Below, in pieces: positions 58,955 to 64,000 of a stretch of DNA of 64,000 nucleotides. The stretch covers positions 9,400-73,399 of IMG/VR virus record IMGVR_UViG_3300032238_000336; one strand, written 5' to 3'. The notes under the pieces are model-generated. The model saw only the letters and a list, made by a program, of their open reading frames with translations. It was not told where the DNA came from and made no database searches. The stretch's first letter is position 1; the number at the start of each line of letters is the position of its first letter. This DNA comes from a virus. The position numbers and the translations under genes were made by a program.

Positions 58955-59068
58955 ACAAGAACTACCACCATTAAATCATACATTAAAAGACAAAGAATAA
59001 GAGCATTAAATGAGATATCAATACAAGAACTACCACCATTAAATCATACATTAAAAGACAAAGAATAA
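58955..59068 (+). repeat. 46-bp perfect direct repeat, two copies
   Basis: ACAAGAACTACCACCATTAAATCATACATTAAAAGACAAAGAATAA at 58955-59000 and 59023-59068. Confidence 0.95.
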
Positions 59069-59255
59069 CACATATCTATTGGTAAACAATAACTCTTTTT
59101 AGATAAGCATTAGTAATCAAACAATCACAAAAGACTATATTTTTTTAAACCTTTTTATTGTTTATGATTATGATGATATCAACACAAAAACAGTCTATTT
59201 ATGATGATTTCAAATAGTATATTTGAACCTTCACATACTGTATAATATCACACAT

Positions 59256-59480
59256 TCATTCAGATTGTCCCAGAGATTGATACTGAGAAATATACCTCAA
59301 GAAATCAGGAACTTTATCATTATCATAAAAGCAATCATACTCCTCTGGAATACTTACCTCTGGATACTGATAACTAATCTCATTCATTAAATATTGACCA
59401 TACCGTAAATCACCTGAATGAGTAATAAAACTTGCATTCACATTCTGTATAAACTGATTAAAATCAAAACTCATCATCAT
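59256..59480 (-). CDS. Hypothetical protein
   Basis: LRYGQ.LMN...DCFY.ND motif. Confidence 0.7.
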   Translation of the reverse strand: MMMSFDFNQFIQNVNASFITHSGDLRYGQYLMNEISYQYPEVSIPEEYDCFYDNDKVPDFLRYISQYQSLGQSE

Positions 59481-59564
59481 CTTTTGAATTGACTGAATGA
59501 AGAGCATAGTTTAATACAAGTGCTACACCCATTAGAGTAAGATACACTACAACATAAGTCATAA

Positions 59565-59714
59565 TCAGTCAAGGCAGATAAAATCATAATCAATAATGTC
59601 TTCACCTTCTTCAAGATTTAGACATTCAGCAATAGCATCAGGAATGAACTTACGAGGATGACTATTCTCATCAATCGCAATTTCAATCTTAATAACCCAG
59701 TTTTTGGTATTCAT
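59565..59714 (-). CDS. Hypothetical protein (49 aa)
   Basis: MNTKNWVIKIEI...HPRKFIPDAI; tightly packed with neighbours. Confidence 0.65.
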   Translation of the reverse strand: MNTKNWVIKIEIAIDENSHPRKFIPDAIAECLNLEEGEDIIDYDFICLD

Positions 59715-59716
59715 AA

Positions 59717-59947
59717 TCAAGGAAGAATACAGAAAGAAGCACAGAACTTGCGAACCCAATGTAGAGTATCAAAATACCCACGAGGATTAGACATCACCAT
59801 ACTTGTATCCTTACGAGGATTGTAAGCAACAGCAATGTACCTATAAACATCAGGTGCTTCTTCAATCTCTTGAATCCACATTTGATTTACATTACCAGAC
59901 TGCCAATCCCAACGGGAAGTAGTATAATGAAAAACATCAGTAATCAT
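59717..59947 (-). CDS. Hypothetical protein (76 aa)
   Basis: MITDVFHYTTSRWDWQSGNVNQMWI... Confidence 0.7.
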   Translation of the reverse strand: MITDVFHYTTSRWDWQSGNVNQMWIQEIEEAPDVYRYIAVAYNPRKDTSMVMSNPRGYFDTLHWVRKFCASFCILP

Positions 59948-59969
59948 TTTCTTATTAAATGAAGTAGAT

Positions 59970-60125
59970 TTAGTTTTGAGTGTATCCATCAAACCATTCT
60001 CCCTCTTTACGAGTTTTAGGGTCTCGGCAATGTTCTTGTGCTTGTTCAAGAGTTAAACCTCGTTTGATAATACGATTCGATTTGTTCAAGTGAGGAGCAT
60101 AGGATCGAATAATGTTGTAAGTCAT
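59970..60125 (-). CDS. Hypothetical protein (51 aa)
   Basis: Manual translation MTYNIIRSY...IKRGLTLEQAQEHCRDPKT...WFDGY. Confidence 0.7.
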   Translation of the reverse strand: MTYNIIRSYAPHLNKSNRIIKRGLTLEQAQEHCRDPKTRKEGEWFDGYTQN

Positions 60126-60175
60126 TGTGATTTAGATAATGAAAGTGGTTGGTGCTTTATGAATGTTCCAGAGGA

Positions 60176-60367
60176 TTAACTGGCACATTCATAATCGTAA
60201 TCTACAATATCATCTGGTAGCATTAGTTGAGTTCCCATTGAAAACTCATCTAACAAATAATCCACAGTGATATTCATTTGATTTGCATACCATTCAAACA
60301 TCAAATAATCTTCAATATGAATTTCGTATCCTTCGGTTTCAATAATCTGTTGATTCATTTTAGTCAT
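60176..60367 (-). CDS. Hypothetical acidic protein
   Basis: A..MNITVDYL.DEF motif; start uncertain. Confidence 0.65.
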   Translation of the reverse strand: MTKMNQQIIETEGYEIHIEDYLMFEWYANQMNITVDYLLDEFSMGTQLMLPDDIVDYDYECAS

Positions 60368-60503
60368 TGGTGTTATCAAGTGCGGAATGGACTTTATCAA
60401 ATAAAGAGTTCATATCAATATCATACAACTCTTGAATCTCATCCCAATCTTCGTGAAACTCAATCAAAGTTAAAATATCTTGTAAATCTTTTTGATTAAA
60501 CAT
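60360..60503 (-). CDS. Hypothetical acidic protein (47 aa)
   Basis: Manual translation MFNQKDLQDILTLIEFHEDWDEI...; first ORF after promoter b. Confidence 0.65.
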   Translation of the reverse strand: MFNQKDLQDILTLIEFHEDWDEIQELYDIDMNSLFDKVHSALDNTND

Positions 60504-60526
60504 TTGCTTTGATTGATTACTTCGTA

Positions 60527-60585
60527 ATCATAGCACGGATTTGGTCGGTTTGGACGATTATAGGGACAGTGCTACAACTGGCACA
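60527..60585 (-). promoter_or_regulatory. Palindrome-type early promoter (copy b)
   Basis: TGTGCCA-N10-TGTCCCT plus TGCTATGAT -10. Confidence 0.7.
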
Positions 60586-60591
60586 TCAGTA

Positions 60592-60783
60592 TTACTTACT
60601 ACTCTCTTTTGCTAATGTTACCTTATCATATTCATTTGGATAAACTAACAAACACACATCCTTTGATTTATCTTCAAATCTATGAATACAAACTGTAATA
60701 TATTTCTCACAGATAAAATCAACAACACCGTGCATTCCACGATAATGAACTTCAATTCCTTCTGCAAATGTTATTCTTGGCAT
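60592..60783 (-). CDS. Hypothetical protein (63 aa)
   Basis: GVVDFICEKYITVCI...VCLLVYP. Confidence 0.7.
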   Translation of the reverse strand: MPRITFAEGIEVHYRGMHGVVDFICEKYITVCIHRFEDKSKDVCLLVYPNEYDKVTLAKESSK

Positions 60784-60888
60784 TTAATGAATAAAAACAA
60801 CTCTCTTGCATTAGTTTATCAGCATTATGTGATACTGTAAATCCTATTGCAAGAGAAGTTAAAGTAAAACAACAGATGAGAAAACTAT

Positions 60889-61296
60889 TCATCGTGTGCG
60901 AAGATAAAAACCTACCCAATCTGCACGTTTGTACATTTCCTCACGAGACTTATCATCTAAAAGATTATACCTCACACCTTTGGCAGGAGATTTCCAGGAT
61001 GCAGATTTGTACACATCACCAGTATTCAAATCAACAAATGCGTGAGCACTTCTTTGACCACTGGGTTGAGTGATATGAACAATACGAGCATACTTTCTAC
61101 CTTTCTCGTAAGTATATTCATCTACACCTTCACCCATTGCAAGTTGATTGATTTGCTCAATGTGATAATCAACATTCTCTTCCTTGTTGATATAGTTTCT
61201 ATGAAGAGCAATAGAATACTCTTGATAGTTTGTGCGAAGAACTCGGCAAAACTCTTCAATTCGGTCAATAACTTTATTAGCAGTGGCAGTAGTCAT
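60889..61296 (-). CDS. Conserved phage hypothetical protein
   Basis: GRKYARIV...HAFVD..TGDVYK.ASW..PAKG.RYN motif. Confidence 0.8.
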   Translation of the reverse strand: MTTATANKVIDRIEEFCRVLRTNYQEYSIALHRNYINKEENVDYHIEQINQLAMGEGVDEYTYEKGRKYARIVHITQPSGQRSAHAFVDLNTGDVYKSASWKSPAKGVRYNLLDDKSREEMYKRADWVGFYLRTR

Positions 61297-61300
61297 TTTT

Positions 61301-61474
61301 TCAATCATCTCCAAAGTTATTAGAAAGGAAATCTTCAAGTTCATCAAGTTTGCTATCACTCAAAGAGCAAACATACTCACTGATAATAGTAGCAAGCAAA
61401 TCAGGGTCTTGCCTACATTTCTCATACAAGAACTGTTCAAGTTCTTCACCAGTAGAATAACGAAAATCAGTCAT
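61301..61474 (-). CDS. Hypothetical acidic protein
   Basis: MTDFRYSTGEELEQFLYEKC...; ATGA overlap with the upstream ORF. Confidence 0.65.
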   Translation of the reverse strand: MTDFRYSTGEELEQFLYEKCRQDPDLLATIISEYVCSLSDSKLDELEDFLSNNFGDD

Positions 61475-61596
61475 TTGAAGTTCAGTTTGCGTTTGATATG
61501 TTGAAGTGCTTGCTTGCGTGCTTTTAATTGTGCTTTGCAAGTTCCTTTCGTTTTTTTATTTTTGTTTGAGTTGTGTTGCCAATTTGGAATAGTCAT
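61471..61596 (-). CDS. Small basic hypothetical protein (41 aa)
   Basis: Manual translation MTIPNWQHNSNKNKKTKGTCKAQLKARKQALQHIKRKLNFK; first ORF after promoter c. Confidence 0.65.
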   Translation of the reverse strand: MTIPNWQHNSNKNKKTKGTCKAQLKARKQALQHIKRKLNFK

Positions 61597-61618
61597 TTCT
61601 TTTTTTTGGTATGAACCT

Positions 61619-61677
61619 ATTATAGGACATAATCATCCCGATTGGAGGTGTGATGTGCCAGAAGCACAAGTGTCACA
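61619..61677 (-). promoter_or_regulatory. Palindrome-type early promoter (copy c)
   Basis: TGTGACA-N10-TGGCACA plus TATAAT. Confidence 0.7.
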
Positions 61678-61903
61678 GGGTCTCAACGTCCTCTAGCAAT
61701 TCTGGGTAGTAATCTGTTACTTCTGTAATGAGTTCTTCATCAGTATAATCTGCTAGATTATCTTTCAGAGTATCATAAACCAAACACTCCATAGTTTTAT
61801 AATCCATTCCTTCAATTATTTGCTGGATATAATCCTCAACAAGTTGCTTACGGTCAAAAGACATTTTGTTAAACTCCAAGATTTCAGTGTAAAGGTCAGA
61901 CAT
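61673..61903 (-). CDS. Hypothetical acidic protein (76 aa)
   Basis: DY.QQIIEGMD.K...Y.DEEL..EV..YYPELL. Confidence 0.75.
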   Translation of the reverse strand: MSDLYTEILEFNKMSFDRKQLVEDYIQQIIEGMDYKTMECLVYDTLKDNLADYTDEELITEVTDYYPELLEDVETL

Positions 61904-62019
61904 TAGACATCAATTTCAGCAAGTTTCTTTTGCTTACGCAAATCAGTGATAATCATTTGAAGTTCTGCAATATCTTCATACAGAACTTCTGCTTCATCAG
62001 CAAGATTCTCATATTGGTA
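61903..62019 (-). pseudogene. Probable 5'-truncated gene remnant
   Basis: Open frame YQYENLADEAEVLYEDIAELQMIITDLRKQKKLAEIDV ends in a TAATG overlap; no upstream start, frame begins inside promoter copy d. Confidence 0.45.
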
Positions 62020-62026
62020 TGAACCT

Positions 62027-62085
62027 ATTATAGGACATAATCATCCCGATTGGAGGTGTGATGTGCCACTAGAATAAGTGGCACA
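62027..62085 (-). promoter_or_regulatory. Palindrome-type early promoter (copy d)
   Basis: TGTGCCA-N10-TGGCACA plus TATAAT. Confidence 0.7.
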
Positions 62086-62095
62086 TTTTCATACA

Positions 62096-62263
62096 TTATT
62101 CCTTAACTACAACTTCAAGAGGTACTTTAATCGCAGACAACCAAGTATTCAAATTATCCATCAAATCTTCATTTGATGGATTTTCAAAATTGATATTGAT
62201 ACTGCGAATAGTATCACGATTGTCATTACGACAATCATAGTCCAAACGATAAGAGGTTTCCAT
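62096..62263 (-). CDS. Hypothetical protein (55 aa)
   Basis: Manual translation METSYRLDYDCRNDNRDTIRSININFENP...; TGATG coupling to the upstream ORF. Confidence 0.65.
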   Translation of the reverse strand: METSYRLDYDCRNDNRDTIRSININFENPSNEDLMDNLNTWLSAIKVPLEVVVKE

Positions 62264-62433
62264 CAAGCAGCAACGGGTTCAGTTGCATTTTCCAGAACCG
62301 CAGAATCATAGTTATCCAATGCTTCTACAAGTTCAGCACCAGTTTCTGCTTTCGTGATATTTACAATCAGTTGAGCACCAGCAGGATTGGTATCAACGAG
62401 TTCAGCAGCAAGAGCAAGTAGTTTGGTAGACAT
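62263..62433 (-). CDS. Hypothetical protein (56 aa)
   Basis: Manual translation MSTKLLALAAELVDTNPAGAQLIVNITKAETGAELVEALD... Confidence 0.7.
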   Translation of the reverse strand: MSTKLLALAAELVDTNPAGAQLIVNITKAETGAELVEALDNYDSAVLENATEPVAA

Positions 62434-62512
62434 AATAATAAAATCAAGGTGAATAGATTGGTGCTTTTTAAGTCATCACCAGGACTATTGAAATCAAACA
62501 CTCAAAGAGTAT

Positions 62513-62683
62513 TCATTTCATTTTAGCCACTAACTCTTTAACCTTATCTACAGACTTACATTGTGCTCCCTTGATTGCTTTTGTAATCGAAGTTGTAAGC
62601 ATCAAACATTGATGACTTCTGACATCACAAATTGCATACACTTGTTGACGAGTTTTAATATCAAAAGTGGTTCGGATTATCAT
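62513..62683 (-). CDS. Hypothetical protein (56 aa)
   Basis: Manual translation MIIRTTFDIKTRQQVYAICD... Confidence 0.6.
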   Translation of the reverse strand: MIIRTTFDIKTRQQVYAICDVRSHQCLMLTTSITKAIKGAQCKSVDKVKELVAKMK

Positions 62684-62728
62684 TCTGTTTGATTGAAAGG
62701 TGAAAAAAAGAGTGTGCTATGCTATCTC

Positions 62729-62902
62729 TTAAACACGAGAGAGAGCATCAGTTTTTTGCTTGGGATTTTGAGTTTGTTTTACCCAAGTAGAAGTGCGACG
62801 GGAATAAACTTGTGAAGGAAGTTTAGATTTTCCTTGCACCTCATTGATAAGAGAAATGAAGTGAAGAAAAAATTGTTTTTCCATTCGTTGCTCGGTGGTC
62901 AT
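62729..62902 (-). CDS. Hypothetical protein (57 aa)
   Basis: MTTEQRMEKQFFLHFISLINEVQGKSKLPSQ...; SD AAGGA; promoter upstream. Confidence 0.7.
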   Translation of the reverse strand: MTTEQRMEKQFFLHFISLINEVQGKSKLPSQVYSRRTSTWVKQTQNPKQKTDALSRV

Positions 62903-62924
62903 TCCTTGACTGTGAACTTCGTTC

Positions 62925-62953
62925 ATCATAGCACGGATTGGAGTGTTTGTCAA
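62925..62953 (-). promoter_or_regulatory. Sigma70-like promoter
   Basis: TTGACA-17-TATGAT with TG extension. Confidence 0.8.
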
Positions 62954-63001
62954 GGGGTTACGAGATGTTCTAGTCATTAGCATTCCTGATGGGTATAGGA
63001 A

Positions 63002-63181
63002 CTAAACTAATTCCCAGTGATAACCAATGCCACAACCATAATTATCATAAATCACTGTGCGTTTGATAATGTTGGAATCAAGCATAGGTTGAATTGCTCG
63101 CATCCGTTGCGAAGAATTCAAAACAGAATTAGTGTTTCCAATCTCTTCAAGAATTGCAGATTGTGCTTTAGTGAACTTCAT
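63002..63181 (-). CDS. Hypothetical protein (59 aa)
   Basis: MKFTKAQSAILEEIG...; first ORF after promoter f. Confidence 0.65.
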   Translation of the reverse strand: MKFTKAQSAILEEIGNTNSVLNSSQRMRAIQPMLDSNIIKRTVIYDNYGCGIGYHWELV

Positions 63182-63205
63182 CTGTTTTCTTTTGATTACT
63201 TCGTA

Positions 63206-63265
63206 ATCATAGCACGGATTCCGGGGGTTTGGGGGGTGTAATGTGCCAGAAGGATTAGTGGCACA
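63206..63265 (-). promoter_or_regulatory. Palindrome-type early promoter (copy f)
   Basis: TGTGCCA-N10-TGGCACA plus TGCTATGAT -10. Confidence 0.7.
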
Positions 63266-63279
63266 TCGTATCATTGGTC

Positions 63280-63609
63280 TCACATAAATTGATGAGACAA
63301 TGCGTATTTCACAATCTCAGTGCGATTATTTTTATATTCAAGAATCAAATCAACTACGTGCTTCAAATTTGTTTCATCTACTTCGTTTACATTACTATTT
63401 TTATTAAGTGCATTCATAATAGATGCAATCTCAAAATCATTTGAGAATAAAATATTTCGATGGTTATCAATTTCAAGATAATCATCAACTGCATCAGAAC
63501 TTAAATGAAATGGAATGTCAGGAGATAACATACCCAACGTTGCAAGACGTTCGGTAGCACCAACAACCCACAGCATTTTACACTCATCAATTGACAGTTG
63601 TGCTTTCAT
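63280..63609 (-). CDS. Hypothetical protein (109 aa)
   Basis: MKAQLSIDECKMLWVVGA.ERLATLG... Confidence 0.7.
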   Translation of the reverse strand: MKAQLSIDECKMLWVVGATERLATLGMLSPDIPFHLSSDAVDDYLEIDNHRNILFSNDFEIASIMNALNKNSNVNEVDETNLKHVVDLILEYKNNRTEIVKYALSHQFM

Positions 63610-63646
63610 TGTATTAAGAATAAAAAAAAGAAAGAGAGGGTGTGAA

Positions 63647-64000
63647 TCACACCCCACAAAGTTGTTTTGTCACAGAACCAGATGCTTGACGATTCAAAGA
63701 AACACCAGCACCTACAGTTGAACCAACATAAGCACCTTCTCCACTTGCACCATTCATTTTCTTTCCACGTACAAATTGCATCGTGGAAAGTTTATCTTTC
63801 ACTGCGTTTGCATCATCGTGTACTCGGTTTTCTTCTTGTTTCATTTCAAGCAAACGCAGTGCTACTTTATCAGCAAATGCCTTGCGGAAATTAAGTTTGA
63901 AAGACCGAGAAACACTCTTACCAGTCAGATCAGACATAATCTTTTCTGCTGAATGTGCAACTTCTGCTTCTTTCTCCATCACCTGAACCAGATAATCAAA
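63647..64000 (-). CDS. Partial ORF (3' part), resembles the C-terminal domain of DUF2786-type proteins
   Basis: Frame open to the window edge; SFKLNFRKAFA..V..RL...G...G..VSLNRQ. Confidence 0.55.
   Translation of the reverse strand, partial: FDYLVQVMEKEAEVAHSAEKIMSDLTGKSVSRSFKLNFRKAFADKVALRLLEMKQEENRVHDDANAVKDKLSTMQFVRGKKMNGASGEGAYVGSTVGAGVSLNRQASGSVTKQLCGV

Larger units (their letters stand above)
61606..62068. repeat. 55-bp perfect direct repeat (promoter cassette), two copies
   Basis: TTGGTATGAACCTATTATAGGACATAATCATCCCGATTGGAGGTGTGATGTGCCA at 61606-61660 and 62014-62068. Confidence 0.95.

Noticed and set aside
60802-60856. 9-bp inverted repeat TCTCTTGCA/TGCAAGAGA
   Set aside because: Long unstructured loop, single instance, not tRNA-like; too weak to call
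1-64000. tRNA, rRNA and photosynthesis genes
   Set aside because: No cloverleaf/TpsiC signatures in intergenic gaps and no psbA/hli-like ORFs recognised by eye; tRNAscan-SE would be decisive

Overview
This window is 64 kb of an AT-rich T4-like myovirus genome. Gene content and order (hsp20, regA, a VrlC-like protein, very large gp7, speD) indicate a cyanophage-type virus; the host is inferred, not shown. Essentially all genes are on the minus strand. In genome order: replication/recombination module (uvsX, gp43, regA, gp62/44/45, gp46/47, gp55, uvsW, uvsY); head/tail module (gp3, gp23-gp18, gp17/16, gp15-13); baseplate module (VrlC-like, gp8, gp7, gp6, gp25); speD and small conserved genes; a ~1.4 kb mostly non-coding structured/repeat region; and a cluster of small early-type ORFs with repeated promoters. 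Highlights: (1) The large terminase carries three mobile elements: an Ala1/WCT class 3 cis-intein in Walker A, an atypically split intein (28-aa IntN, 103-aa IntC), and a free-standing GIY-YIG endonuclease between the two gene halves. (2) An origin-like locus near 58 kb has 12 same-strand CGAAG motifs in hairpins, three ~53-bp repeats and an opposite-facing promoter reading into ORF-free DNA. (3) Five promoters have a TGTGCCA-N10-TGGCACA-type palindrome at a fixed position and no consensus -35 box. No tRNA, rRNA or CRISPR array was recognised. All family assignments come from reading motifs by eye, not from database searches.
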